Assembly: GCF_009914755.1 (NCBI RefSeq)
Contig: NC_060933.1
DNA from: the human T2T-CHM13v2.0 reference genome, Homo sapiens
Length of the DNA stretch: 64,000 nt
Reading direction: 5' to 3' (one strand)
Positions 1-15,870 of this stretch are shown piece after piece (the stretch's first letter is position 1; each line of letters opens with the position of its first letter). The translations under genes and the position numbers were made by a program. Under the pieces are notes generated by a model, which made no database searches, was not told the origin of the DNA, and saw only the letters and a list, made by a program, of their open reading frames with translations.

Positions 1-224
1 ATAATTTTTAATAATCAACAAGTCATCTTTTAAATCTGCTAGATAGATTAGTTCTTTCCTTAGAATTTACTATTATAATTACACTAACAGGATCACCCTG
101 TTATCTAAACACAGACTAATGTTATTATAGCAGGAATACTTTACAGTGGTCATGGAACTTGTGGCAATGAATCATATTTCTGATGCTCTTTAAGAAAAAC
201 GAATTCCTTTCATCTTTCACTTTT

Positions 225-325
225 ACTTTTTAAAATGGCTTTGAGATATAATTTATATACCGTAACATTCAACCATTAAAAGTATACAATTCAATGGTTT
301 TAGTATATTCCCAGAGTGTGCAACT
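225..325 (-). mobile_element. L1M 3'-end fragment
   Basis: ttgagatataatttatataccgtaacattcaaccattaaaagtatacaattcaatgg, typical L1MB-type 3' end. Confidence 0.6.
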
Positions 326-1134
326 GATAAAGAATTCTAACTTACCACTTACAATCCTAGTGGGTAGTGTGATCTCAAGTAAGTTACTAAACTCTGGGCC
401 TCAGCTTTCCATATTTCAAATAAAGGAATTAAACCAGAAATACTTAGGTTACTTTCAGCAATAAAAGGTGGCAGCTGAATTATTCATAACCCATGCAAAC
501 AATAATATGCAGGAAAAAAATTCTTAGTGAAAAGGCATATATTCCTTGTTCTCAATGAAGTTACAGCTTACAACAGTACCATATTTTACAGCATTTTTGT
601 ACTTCAACAACTATAGCAACAATAATCTAAAGAATTCCTGATGAAATAGACTGAAGGACTGAAATTAAGGTTTGTGAAAGCCTTTCATGCCTGTCATGGG
701 CAGACCAACTGGACCTCAAATATGACATTCAATGTGCTGCCTGATGTTTCACTCCTTCTGCCTTATACTTTGTTTCTGCCATTCTTAAGTAGTTTCTTGA
801 TCAAATAAGCTGTTTTAAGATTTCTGTACCATTGTTCCTACTGATATTTTTATCTGAAATGTCCTTCCTTCTCCTGTCTACCTGCTAAATGCAGACTCCC
901 ATCACGAGACTCAGCTTTTATGTCACATCCTCTCTGAAGCCATTGCTGATATTCCCCCACTCCAGGCAAAGTAATTATTCCCTCTTGGTGCATCCACTAT
1001 ACATAAATACATGATATTGCACTGTAGTACGAGAGCTTGAGGGACAGGATAATTTCCTACTGGGAGGTATAGAAAAGTCTTCATGAAGCAGGTAACATTT
1101 GAATTGGGCCTTGCTAAGAAGGTCACCATCAAGA

Positions 1135-2100
1135 AAGCAAAAAATTAAACCACAAAATAGAAAAAATATTTATAAATCATATATCTGTTAAGGGACTTGT
1201 ATCTAGAATATATAAAGAATTATTTCAACTCAATGATAACAAGATAAATAATCCAAATTTTAAATGTGCAAAGGATCTGAACAGACATTTCTCTAAATAT
1301 ATGAATGAACAATAAGCACATAACTAGCCATCAGGAACATGCAACTTAAAACCACAGTGGAATACCACTTCATATCTACTAGGATGGCTATAATTATACA
1401 AAGGCAGATAGTAAGTGTTGGTGAAGCTGTGGAAAATTTGGAACCTACATACAGGGTTGGTGAGAATGAGAATGCAAAATGGTGTACTCATTTTGGAAAA
1501 CAGTCTGACAGCTCCTCAAGAGGATAAACATAGTTACTACAGGACCCAGGAATTCCACTCCTAGGTATACACTGAAGATAAATGAAAATATATGTACATA
1601 CAAAAACATGTATACAAATGTTCACAGCAGCATTATTTGTAATAGCTAAAAAGTGGAAACAACACAAATGTCTATCAATTGATGAAGAGAGCAATGAAAT
1701 GGGGTATAACACAATAATATATTATTTAGTAACAAAAAGGAATGAAGTACTGAGACATGTTATAACATGAATGAACTGAAAATACTATGCTAAGTGAAAA
1801 AAGCCAGACACACAAGGCCATGTATTGAATGACTTCATTTGTATGAAATGTTCAGAATGGGCAAATCCATAGAGCAGAAAAAGTAGGTTAGTGGTTGCCT
1901 AAGGCCAGAGGAAAAGGGAGTAATTGCTAATGATTATAGGATTGTTTTTTAGGTCCTTTTGTTGGGGGAGGTGATGAAAACTTCTAAAATTGATTGTGGT
2001 CATGGTTGCAAAACTTTGAGACTATGTACTAAAAAAACTGAATTTTGCATCTTAAATTGTATGAAATGTGAATTACAGCTCAACAAAGCTATTATTTAAA
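1135..2100 (+). mobile_element. Old L1M (L1MC/MD-like) ORF2 end and 3' UTR
   Basis: ORF2 C-terminal remnants (YHFISTRMAII, MFTAALFVIAKKWKQHKC). Confidence 0.8.
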
Positions 2101-2108
2101 CAGACAGG

Positions 2109-2236
2109 GAGAAAAGAAAGGAAAGAAAGAAAGAAAAGAAAAGAAAAGAAAGAAAGGAAGGAAGGAAGGAAGGAAGGAAGGAAGAAAGAGAGAGAGAGAG
2201 AGAGAGAGAGAAAGAAAGAAAGAAAGAAAGGAAAAA
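2109..2236 (+). repeat. Compound purine microsatellite (GAAA)n/(GGAA)n/(GA)n
   Basis: Directly visible pure A/G tract. Confidence 0.95.
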
Positions 2237-2242
2237 ATTCAA

Positions 2243-2365
2243 ACCAGCACCACCCAGCTAAGCTGCTTCGAAAGTCCTAGTAGAAAATATGTGAAATAAT
2301 GAATGCTTACTGTTTTAAGCCACTAAATTTTAGGGTAATAGGTTATTTAGCAATAGATAACTAAT
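2243..2365 (+). mobile_element. MLT1-type (MaLR) LTR 3' fragment
   Basis: tgttttaagccactaaattttagggtaataggttatttagcaatagataactaata is the typical MLT1 end. Confidence 0.6.
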
Positions 2366-2706
2366 ATATATATCAGGATTAAATGAGTCAACTATATTTA
2401 TTAGATTGCAATTAGTCAACATTATTCGGTATCTAGGAGGAACTAATTAGTAAATGTTACCTTGAAATAGGTGAGCAAAAGTTGCTCAGTCTTGAAGTTC
2501 CTGCATTAACTCATTATGCAGGTTTTTAGACACTTTAAGTCTCATTCACATATATATATATTTGGATTAGATTATAAATTCCTGGAAAGGAAAACTTTTG
2601 CTGTTTTTATAACTCCCTTTCACCTATAGCATCCAGAACTTTATTCATCAATGCAACTTATACCTATTGATAACTGATTTTTTTTCCCCTCTAAAATGAA
2701 AAGTTA

Positions 2707-2922
<216 letters not shown>

Positions 2923-3249
2923 TCAAAAATCATGCCTGCAACAAAAAGATCATAAGAAAAAGAAAAACTAATAGGGATTGGATAGAGTTAATTTCTACCC
3001 CACCTGATTTCTATACTGCCATGTCTATGAATTGTGTCCCCTACTAGATTGTAAGCTCCTTAGGGAAAGGTGGGATACAAGATTAGTGGCTCAATAAATC
3101 CTTGCTGGTTAATCTGATTACATACCAAAAGTAGCAACTATACGCCAAGGAGAAAATAAAAACAATCCAAATACATATTAATAGAAGAATAGATAAATTG
3201 TGGCATTTTCATAAATGAACTAATCATACATGCATGAACATGCACAAAT

Positions 3250-3466
3250 CTTTTTTTTTTTTTTTTTTAGAGATGGGGCCTCCCAAGTGGCTGGGACTAC
3301 AGGAGCATGCCATTACACCCGGCTAATTTTTAAATTATTTTATGAGACAGGATTTCACTGTGTTGCCCAGGCTGATACTGAACTCTCAGCCTCCAGTGAT
3401 TCTCCTGCGTTGGCCTCCCAAAGTTTTGGGATTACAGGCATGAGCCATTAGATTAGCCACCCAGCC
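3250..3466 (-). mobile_element. AluJ-like, most of right arm deleted
   Basis: Poly(T), gagatgggg joined directly to cctcccaagtggctgggactac. Confidence 0.8.
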
Positions 3467-4339
3467 TAAATCTTAAAAAGAATGTTGGTTGAAAAGCAAA
3501 TTGGGGAATAACACATACAGAAAGAGAATACTTATTAAAATTTAAAAACCACACTAAGCGCACTAAGCAAATGGATACAGAGTACACTAACCAGATGGAT
3601 ATAAACATGAGGTAAAAATTAAAATGTGGATTGTGAGGGTATAGGGGAATTTTACACTCTGCTTGTCTCTGTGGAGGGAGGGGGGTAAAACAGGACTACG
3701 GAGGAAAAGAGGACCTCAACTTTATTGAAATTTTCTATTTCAAAGATGTAACTATATACATATATATATAAATATGAAGCAAAATGTCAAAATGTTAATC
3801 TTTATTATTAATAATTCTGGGTGTGAGTGCATGGATATTTGTTATATTATTCTCCATAGCTTTATATATTTAAAAATTTAAAGTAAAAATAAAAACAATT
3901 AATAAAGAAAAGAAAAAAACAAAACAAAGTTAGGTTTTGTAATAATACTCCCTTGGCACTCTATTAGTAAGGATGTTCTACAGACATGGAAGCAGCATAA
4001 CATTTGAAAATACAAAATGAGAAAGTGTAACATAATTTACATTCCTTCCTTATGGGGCCAGGAAGATTCAAAGGGACACTCAGAACTACTATTATGGAAA
4101 TTAGTGAGTAAATTCTACATAGAAATCTAGGAAGATAATGACATTTTACAAAGTAAGCTAACTACAGTCCAATGCTAAAACTATTCGTAAAAGTCTTGAT
4201 TTCTTTTCCTTACTAGCAGAAATATTTTTAAAAGGGGAGAGAGAATAAGGCTGTGAAATAAAATGGTCTCACAACTGAAGCAAAACTTGAAAAAAACAAA
4301 AGAATGAAAATGTCATCAACCTACATGTTAAAAAGCTCA

Positions 4340-4611
4340 ATTTTTTTTTTTTTCTTTTGAGACGGAGATCACTCTGTGGCTCAGGCTAGAGTGCAGTGGC
4401 ATGATCTCTGCTCACCACTCACTGCAACCTCCATCTTCAGGTTCAAGTGATCCTCCTGCCTCAGCTTCCCAAGTACCTGGGATTACAGGCGCATGTCACC
4501 ACGCCTGGCTAATTTTTGTATTTTAGTAGAGATAGGGTTTCACTACGTTGGCCAGGCCGGTCTCGAACTTCTGACCTCAAGTGATGCGCCCATGTAGGCC
4601 TCCCTAAGTGT
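4340..4611 (-). mobile_element. AluS
   Basis: Alu consensus match with poly(T). Confidence 0.9.
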
Positions 4612-5092
4612 AAATCTCAATTCTTAACTGACTACAGCAAAATTCCCCCAAACTTCATAAATTTATTGTGAAAGATACCTTCAAAAGTTTATGTGAACAC
4701 TTAACATTAAATCAAACTTGTATGTAAATATCATCATTTTCAATCATGTAATTGTAAAGGCCTGATAGTGTTAATGACATTTTTCCCACATAACAAAGTA
4801 GTATATATTCATGCTGTGGTAGACACTTTAGGTACTGGCTTCTTTCAGATCTTCTTGTATCATGATCTCTCTTTAGCTATGTATCTTTGTGACAATAAAA
4901 AACAGCTGAAAAATACATACTAGGAAACTGGAGTTTTGCTCTAAAAATAAAACAATTTTAAAAGTTAAACTGTTCCTCAGGTTGGACACGTCAAAACCTG
5001 CATTATGTGTGAAATCTGTCTACCTACTCTCCCCCTATTAAAAATGTTCAATACAAAGAATTTTTAAGAGAAAAAGTTCTGATAAAGTGCTA

Positions 5093-5583
<491 letters not shown>

Positions 5584-5594
5584 TACATATATGT

Positions 5595-5652
5595 AAGCGT
5601 GTGTGTGTGCATGTGTGTGTACACACACACACACATGCACACACACACACTT
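5595..5652. repeat. (GT)n/(CA)n inverted microsatellite
   Basis: 26-bp arms, 25/26 complementary, 6-nt spacer. Confidence 0.9.
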
Positions 5653-5876
5653 GTAATCCTTTACTCCTACAGGGCTACTGGGCTTATATGTTTACTATTT
5701 TGGGGCTTTTTACTATTCTAAATAAGACTCCACATGTTTGTGACTACCACAATATAATTCTACTCTCTTAAGCCATTTATACCAGAATATTTTTTCCAGA
5801 AGAATTTTTTATTTGTGTTTGTTTTTTGGCCATACCCTGCAATGAGAAATCAATGAGTAAAAAAAAAATAACCTTA

Positions 5877-6245
<369 letters not shown>

Positions 6246-6719
6246 TAAAATTCATTGATTCTTAAATATTAATCACTGTTTACATTGCTTTAAGGTGCAT
6301 GTACCTAAAGTACAACTATAGAGAAAGAAAACAAATAAATTAAAGATAGGCCAGACATAAATAACCAAAGTGTTAACAACAGTCGTGAGAGGCAATAGCC
6401 CTTTCAGAGTTTTTCTCCCTCTAGTCTAGAAATTATCTCTAGTATACATGCATCACTTTTATTTTTTATTACCTTGATTTTTCTTATTGTAAAATAACAC
6501 ACTGTAAAATATATCACATACACATTGTAAAATATTTCAAGAACTCAAGCAATTTGAAACACTTCATATATATATTTAATAATTATTTATTTTTACAATA
6601 AAAATAAAGACCATAACGTTTAAAACCTATATACGGTAGAAACTAATGATGTGAATTTGCTTCTTTAATAGCTTACAACTCCTCTGTGAGAGGCAACATA
6701 GCATTAAAAAATGGTATGG

Positions 6720-7086
<367 letters not shown>

Positions 7087-7769
7087 TTAAGCAAACAGCT
7101 TCTCTGATTTTCACTTTTCTAATCTGTAAAATGGGATAATAATTCTTTGGCTAACGATTTAATATAATGTGAGCATTTCAAAGGGTGAAAGACTATTCCA
7201 TAGGACATAATGTTTTCTCTTTATGTCTTAATTTCTTCATCTGTAAATTTTAAAAGCTGAACTAGATGAAATCTAAGGTTTCCTTTAAATCTAAAATCTA
7301 AGAATCTTTCTTTTATGATAAATGATACATAAAAATAAGCTGAAGTTTAACATTGTTCATTATGCTCTGCCTGGAACCCCCCAAAATATAACAATACTGC
7401 CCTAAAACTCACATTCTCACATTCTCATTGCTGAAAGATGGCCAAAGGGTGGATCAAAAGAAAAAGGAATGTTTCCTGAAGATGATTTTTTCATGCTCCT
7501 TGACTAAGCATCTCAAAAATCTTTGTAGAGATAACCAAGAAAATAAATAGTCAAAGAAAGGAATGTAGGGCTCCTTTCCAGCCAAATTCAGGGACAAAAC
7601 ATTGAAAACATACATTGTTACCTGCAAAAAGACCTTTCCTTATTCCTTTATTTATTTTACCATTTCATCATTTATATATAAACCTATCTGAAATACAGTA
7701 ATGTGCTTTGTTGTAGGAAGAAATGCCTTACCCTCTTTATAGAACAAAAGGCAAGCTTTAACCTGTCAA

Positions 7770-8745
7770 ACTGAAAGAAGGCCAGTATGGAGCCCAGGTT
7801 AACAAGGGAGAGAGTAACAGGGCATAAGGTCAGAGAGAAAGGCAGGGCCCAGAAAATGTAAAACCAGATAGGCCATAGAGAGATGTTTGAATTTTATTTA
7901 TTCCAAAAGGGATGAGAAGCCATTGGAGGGCTTAAGCATGAAAATGACATGATCTGGTTTTACATTTTAAAAAGATTGCTCTGGTTGTTATGTGGAGACT
8001 AACTGTGGTGGGGTGGGGATCAGAGAATAGGGAGAGAAGAGAGGAGGCTGAAAGGCCAGATGAGACTGTGCCAAAGTAGTTCAAAGAGATGACAGTGGCT
8101 TGGGCAAGGATGATGCAATAAAAGTCATGAACAGTGGTCAGATTCAGGGTATGTTTTGAAGATAGGGCTGATGGAATATACTGATGAGCTGGATATTTGC
8201 AGTAATAAAAAGGAGCAAAATCAAAAATGACTACTAGGCTTTGGGACTGAGTAACTTGGTGAAATGAATAGAGCAGGCTTAACTTATAAGTTGAAAAAAA
8301 AGTTGTTTTGGATGTGTTAGGTATATAATGCCAATTAAAACAAGTGGATATTTGACAGTTGGATATTTGAGTGTGGAGATCAACGGAGAAATGCAAATCT
8401 GATAATAAGCACATATATAGATGGCATTTAAATTAAATCCAGGGTTAAGGGGGAAAATGAGCTAAAACAAACAAACAAATACAAATTAAATCCAGGGGAC
8501 TGAATGAGACCACTTAGGGAGAAAGTTTAAATGGCAAAGACAAACTTGACAAGCTCTGAGCCCTGAGGCACTCCAGTGCTTGGAGCTGAACTGAGGAAGA
8601 TGTAGTAGAACAAATAAGAAGGAAAAGCTGGTTAGGTAGCACAAAAACTAGGAAAGCATGATACTCTGAAGTAAGTATCATTGGGGAGTAGAGGATTGGT
8701 CAACTCAGTCAAGCTGCTCAGGTCAAGTTACTCATCATGGGACAC
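7770..8745 (-). mobile_element. L2 fragment
   Basis: Degenerate L2 motifs (gagaagccattggagggcttaagcatgaaaatgacatgatctggttttacatttt). Confidence 0.7.
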
Positions 8746-8934
8746 TATGAATACATAAAGGTACACTGGATTTTCAAAGGAAGTATATTATATGAACATG
8801 AAGTTCCAGTTTTAAAAATAATATCCCCCCACTTCCATTTTAAGGGAAACGTGCTTAATAAAGAAAATCTAGAAAAATACAGGAGTAGAAAGGGGTAAAA
8901 AATCATCCTAGGAAATCTCTCATTAAGATTTTTA

Positions 8935-9230
8935 GGCTGGGCTCCGTGGCTCAAGTCTGTAATCCCAGGACTTTGGGAGGCCGAGATGGGTGGATCACCT
9001 AATGTCAGGAGTTCAAGATCAGCCTGGCCACCATGGTGAAACCCCGTGTCTACTAAAAATACAAAAATTAGCTGGGCGTGTGATGGTGGGCGCCTGTAAT
9101 CCCAGCTACTTGGGAGGCTGAAGCAGAAGAATCGCTTGAACCCGGGAGCCAGAGGTTGCAGTGAGCCGAGATCGTGCCATGTACTCCAGCCTGGTGACAG
9201 AGCAAGACTCGGTCTCAAAAAAAAAAAAAA
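8935..9230 (+). mobile_element. AluS
   Basis: Full-length Alu. Confidence 0.9.
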
Positions 9231-9382
9231 GATTTTTAGTACTTCTCTTTGTAATCTTTCCTTATTTACAGGGGTTTGGCTTTTGTTTTTTAACTAGTCT
9301 AATTATATGGCATAAGTTATTTTATACCTTGCTTCTTTCACTTTCTCATATTGCTATATATCATTCTTTAAAACATTTTATC

Positions 9383-9728
<346 letters not shown>

Positions 9729-10242
9729 TTACTTGTGATGGACCAGGCACTATATAAAGGCTGTACAAGTGTATTGCATTTAATCTTCACGACAACCCAC
9801 TAGGCAGTTACTGCTATTATATCAAATTTATAGATGAAGAAACAGATTAAGCAACTTGCTCAAGGTAAGGTCAACATTTGGTTTTCTGTGTTTTTAATAA
9901 TATACTGCCTAGATAACAGTATTTACTTAATACCCTATTGTGAGAAATTGGGTTGCCTAACTTTTTAAAATTGTAACTACCATTTTGGTGAGCATCTCTG
10001 AATATAACCTTCTTAAGAATTTAGAATTCTGTCCTTAGAATAGATTCCTGGAAATAGAACTACCAGATCAAAGAACAATTTTTAAGATTTCTAATACTTA
10101 CTGTCAAATTGCTTTCCAAAATGTTTATCCAAATATATCTTACCACAAAAAAAGAGTACTTTGAAAATCTACTTCAATCTAAAACACAAGGTATAGCAAA
10201 ACAGTAGAGGGGGTGAAAATAGGACTGTGAAAACACAGTAAG

Positions 10243-10260
10243 TGGCCACCAGAGGGCAAC
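10243..10260 (+). promoter_or_regulatory. Candidate CTCF binding site
   Basis: TGGCCACCAGAGGGCAAC closely matches the CTCF core consensus (TGGCCACCAGGGGGCGC) and lies in apparently non-repeat intronic DNA. Confidence 0.65.
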
Positions 10261-10669
10261 CTTATCACAGCACTGTTGAAAATAAAGTCACTTGACGAGA
10301 GTGGTTTTATATAAAGCTTGTAATTTTAAATACAGTATTTGCACTCCTTCACGTTGGATTCCACTTTTATTATAATTCCAAACAAAGAACCCATTTATTT
10401 CTCTCACTACTAGCTGCTTTTAGAAACCATAACCATGAAAAGAATTATTTTGCCTTAAATTATCTCCAGAGAAAGGACAGGTCAGCACTTACATGACAGT
10501 AAAGACAGTGGCCTCGTTGCCTTAAGAAAAATTAAAACTGAGAATCAGCAATGTAGACTGCTTTTCGGTACTGTAAAAGATCTAGGGAGTAATTTTAATC
10601 GACTCAGTATAATGAAGTATTCCTGTTGTTACTCAGTATTGAAAATAATCTTTCCTCTGTACGCCTTTC

Positions 10670-11170
10670 CATTCATTTGTTCATTTATTTGATAAAAATT
10701 TAGTGAGTAGTTACTATATGCTAAAGCTCCATGCTAGAGATTGTGTATACAATGGTGAAAAAAAAAAGTTCTTGCCCTCATGAGTGAGCCATATGTGACT
10801 CAGAATCACAAATAAATATACAATTACAAACTGTGAAAAGTGCTATGAAAAAATACAAGTATATGTGAGAGCATATAATAAGGAAATTACCATTAAGCCT
10901 AGAGCATCAGGAAATGCTTTCTAATGAAGTGGCCTTTAATTGACGACTCGAGGGAAGAATGTGATTTAATAAGGCAGAGGGGTCAAGGATGGAGGTAGAG
11001 GTGGATTAGAAAAACCATTCTTGGCAGAGGAAAGATCATATATGAGAACCCTGGGACCAGGGAACATGCCTTGTTTTAGAAATAAAAGCCAGTCTGACTG
11101 GATCACAGATGTAAAGAAAAAGAACGCCACAAGATAAAACTGGCAAATAGGCAGAGACAAGATCGCATAA
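10670..11170 (-). mobile_element. L2 3'-end fragment
   Basis: cattcatttgttcatttatt.. L2 tail followed by degenerate L2 body. Confidence 0.65.
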
Positions 11171-11429
11171 AAGAAAAAAAAAAACAATTTCTTCTAAATC
11201 AATTTGTTTTACTATAGAGTATTTGAATGAAGAATAAAACTTTCAACCGATTTTTCCAGGGTACTTTTGACTTCAAGTATTTTGCCACCCTGTTCTCATA
11301 AAAACACTTGTACTTGTCAGACTAGTGTGTCCTGATTTTTTTTGCTTGTTTGTTTGGGAAAAAAAATGTTTCCAAGGAAGGATACTTAATTCTTACATTT
11401 AGGAAAACTAAGATCAGAAGTTAATTGGC

Positions 11430-12100
11430 TTTAGTTTTTAATGGTTTGACTAAGTTTGCCTAAATGTGGTTTTCTTTGTTTTATATTGCTTAGGGTTTGC
11501 TGAACTTTCTGAATCTGTCGGTTGACACCTTTAATCCATTTGGAAAATTCATGGCCATTTTCTCTTCAGATATTACTGGGATCCAGTATCACTTTCCTCT
11601 CTTTTTAGATCTCCAATTACATTTATGCTAAACCTTTTGGCTGTGTCCCACATCTTCCCTGCTCTGTTCTTCCCATTATATTTTCTCAAAATGCTTCAGT
11701 TTGGATATTTTTAATTGTACTGTATTCAAGTCTTCTAACTTTGTCTTCACTGTGTACAATCTACTGTTAGATTAATGCAATGAGTTATTAATTCACATGT
11801 TGTATTTTTCAGTTCCAGTTTGTTCATTTGATATTTTAGAGATTCCAATTTCTATTGACATTTTGCCTCTCTTCACCTATTTTGTCTGATTTTCCCTTTA
11901 TTGTATGAAAATACTAACTTTAGTCAAGTCTTTCTAAGTTGACTCTAACACCTAGATCACCTAAAGGTCTGCTTCCATTGCTCATTTTTTTTCTCTTTGG
12001 TATTGGTCACATTTTTCTGTCTTTGCATTGTCCAGTATTTTTTATTGTATGCCGGACACAGTATATAAAAGAACCAGAGAGGGCTCCCCTTTCATCTGTT
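11430..12100 (-). mobile_element. Very old L1 ORF1/HAL1-like fragment
   Basis: T-rich segment with gggtttgctgaactttctgaatctg..ttggaaaattcatggccatt motifs. Confidence 0.5.
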
Positions 12101-12737
12101 AGGCAGATATAATGAGAGAATTACTTCAATCCAATCAGAAGGTGAGGCGGCTTGAGGGTGGACTGTAATTTTAGTATGAGTTAATCAACTTCTGGTTCCT
12201 TACTATTTCTTGGTCAGAGCCTAGCAAGCCTGTGTCTCCTTAGCCCTAAAAGACTGTGAGAGATTTGTATTGGCCTTTGGTAATTTGAGCTTAGGTCCCA
12301 CTGCATGCACCCTCAGAGTCTGAAGACATCTTGAGGGGGAGATAATTGAATGTCATAGCAGGCCCTCTCTTTCTAAAGGGATTTTGTCTCCTCAGCACAA
12401 GACTGAAAGAGAAAGAGATTTTTTTCTACCTTTCTGGCCCAGCCTTCCATCTTTTGCATAGTCGGCTAATATCCTGTGGGAAAGCTGGCCTTGTGTTTGG
12501 GGATCCTCTTGTTTCCAACCATCATGCAAGCCTCAAATGACTGCCAAAAACATTTCTTGTATCTCTTTCCTAAAGAATTCCTTTGCTTGGGTCTAGCTCA
12601 TTCTTTGCCTATGCTCAGAATCAGCAAATGTCCCCTGGAAAGACAATGGCTGGTGATCATCAGTTTACCTAGGAAGAGTTCCAACCTTTCTGGAATTTTA
12701 GTTCCTATAGTTCTCCTTGCCTCCATAGGTATATGAC

Positions 12738-12769
<32 letters not shown>

Positions 12770-12929
12770 GTACTTTTTCAAGTTTGTTGTAGCAGGAGTT
12801 TGGCTTGCTGTGATCTAGTACATCCTACTTAGAAGATAAAGGCCCTTCCAAACTATTTCAGAAGAATCAACCTATAGCTGAAAGATTTCCAAATTAAAAG
12901 AACAGTGGAATAATTACATGACAAAGTTA

Positions 12930-13124
<195 letters not shown>

Positions 13125-14567
13125 TTAAAAGTTGTATTGAGTAACACCCCAGAAGGGAAAGAAAGCCCAGCTCATGTAAATCATATATACTTACCATATC
13201 TCAAAGCCTTGTGTCCAAATAAATCACCTATCAAATTCTGTATTGCTATTAAAAGCTGTCTAGTGTATTGCATAATGCAATTTCTTAGCTAACAAATAAT
13301 TTTACAGAAAATTTAAAATGGAGGCATTTGAAAGCAGGAGTAATAATGATGATGCAATGAGCTATCATTTATTGAGGGCTTATGTCAATAAATATATTTT
13401 TTCTCTAATCCTCAAGGTAGTTCTACCTGGTGAGGGTCATAATACTTATTTTACTACTGAGAAAATTCAGATAAAGTTACTGTCCTCAGCTAGTAAGTCA
13501 AGTCTATTCATACAAAGCCAGACTTTTCCCCACCATACTATCTACTCCTAAGATTGACTCTAAATTGGTACAAGAAATTTGTCTGCCAAATAACTTGATA
13601 TCCACTTAGGTATCAAGCTTCATTCTGTAGATCCAAAGCATTACAATTCACCATCTATATAGGTCCTGACTCCAGTGATGGTGTTTATGCCCTGTCCACA
13701 ATAAATCTTGCTCTCTTTTCTCACTGCAAGTAAATTTCAGGTCTTTAACAAAGGCTGAGAAATCTTATTGCTTGAAGAGAAGCTGCAGCCTAACAAAGTC
13801 AAAGGTTCTCAGAGATAGAAGCCCAAATATTTTGATGTTTAAAGCTTAAATAAAATTTGTACTGATCATAGTATAGGAGATGTTTTTAAAAATGCAACAA
13901 AAATTTACATTATCTAATTTATACTATCAAGCATGAATCTATGAATCTTAAGTAATTTAGTAAAGAAAAAAGAAAAGAAGCCACACACATATACGGTCTT
14001 ACACAAGAATATCCCAAGGTACTTAAAGATCTAGCAAAGAAAACCTGTATTCATAAAAAATAAAATTCAGGAATATTTTATGACTCAATAAGAAGGAACC
14101 AGTCAATCGAAGCCACTCTATACTATCAGAAAATTATAAAGAACATAATGTACCTTTCAAAGAATGGCTTACAACACTTCATCAGCTTATTTCCAAGGCT
14201 TTTAAAATGTTAATCAAAATATGCTTACTCCTCATTCCTCTAAATATGTTATTCAATATACAAAAGGATAAACAGTTACTTTCAATGATGGTGTTTGCCT
14301 AACCCACAACCTACAAGAAGAAGGTATTAGTTTCGAACACAAAATCACTTAATAATATTGTGTAACCATAATATAGCCAATGTTCCCAAAGTAGTTGCTA
14401 TTCCTGAAGTGGGTTTTCCCTTAATAATTCTTGGGGCACTAAAAGACTTTCTATCTGGAGGATCTGCTCCTTAATTGCTGATTTAAAGTGACTTAATGAA
14501 TCTTGATAAAGTAGTTGTCTGAGTGTACATACCATGCTTTATTTTTTCCTGGGTGATTTTTGTTCGT

Positions 14568-14856
14568 TTTTGTTTTTTGAGAAAGGGTCTCATTTAGTCC
14601 CCTAGGCTGCAGTGGCGTGATTTCGGCTCACTGCAGCCTCAACTTCCTGGGTTCAGGTGGTCCTTCTGCCTCAGCCCCTCAAGTAGCTGGGACTACAGGT
14701 ATGCGCCACCACATCCGGCTAATTTTTGTATTTTTTGTGGAGACAGGGTTTTCCCCTGTTGCCCAGGCTGGTCTCAAACTCCTGAGCTCAAGCAATCCGT
14801 CTGCCTTGGCCTCCGAAAGTGCTAGCATTACAGGTATGAGACACCATGCATGGCCA
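14568..14856 (-). mobile_element. AluJ
   Basis: Alu consensus, J-type. Confidence 0.88.
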
Positions 14857-14912
14857 GATTTTAAAACAACAAGAAAAAAAAAGGTGCTTTTCTCTCTTTT
14901 AAAAGAAAATAT

Positions 14913-15250
<338 letters not shown>

Positions 15251-15320
15251 CTACTAGTGCTTTTGCATCATGTTATTCATGGCCCAAGGCCAATTTCTGC
15301 ATGTATAAGAATTAAATTTA

Positions 15321-15870
15321 TCAGGCATGGTGGCACATGCCTATAGTCCCAGCTACTCAGGAGGCTGAGGCAGGAAGATCACTTGAGCCCAGGAGTTCTA
15401 GGCTGCCTGAACTACTCCAACTGCAGTTAAACAGGAATAAACAGCTGGGTCCACTTATCTCAAATTAAACCTGTCTCTCATAAAGCCCCACAGACCAAGA
15501 AACACAGGAGACTAATCCTGCAACCACCCAATGGGTTCACCTTGCCCACTGCCTAGGCAGAGCTGATTTATCAAGATGGGGGAATTGCAATACAGAAAGA
15601 GTAATTCATGCAGAGCCAGCTGTGCAGGAGACCAGAGCTTTATTATTACTCAAATCAGTTTCCCTAAGTATTCAGGGATTAGGGTTTTTAAGGACAACTT
15701 GGTGGGTGGGGTGAAACCAGGGAGCCAGAAGTGCTGACTGGTTAGGCAGGAAATGACATCACAGGGAATTGAAGCCATCCTCTTGAGCTGAGTGTGCCAT
15801 GATCGGGCCTGTGAATAGCCACTGTACTCCAGCCTGGGCGACACAGGGAGACTCTGTCTCTTAAAAAAAA
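15321..15870 (+). mobile_element. FAM (fossil Alu monomer) split in two by an insertion at 15407-15790
   Basis: 5' half 15321-15406. 3' half 15791-15870 carries the FAM/7SL-type CCTGTGAATAGCCACTG. Degenerate TSD AAGAATTAAAT / AAGATTTAAAT. Confidence 0.8.
15519..15793 (-). mobile_element. Truncated LTR8-like (MER4-group ERV1) fragment including one LTR terminus
   Basis: tgcaaccacccaatgggttcaccttgcccactgcctaggcagagctgatttatcaaga... matches the recalled reverse-complement 3' end of LTR8. Confidence 0.7.

Noticed and set aside
7932-8414. 160-aa ORF
   Set aside because: Lies within a degenerate L2; no domain similarity or supporting splice structure.
15791-15870. 7SL RNA gene or pseudogene (CCTGTGAATAGCCACTG)
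   Set aside because: The S-domain is absent; the joined halves match FAM rather than 7SL.
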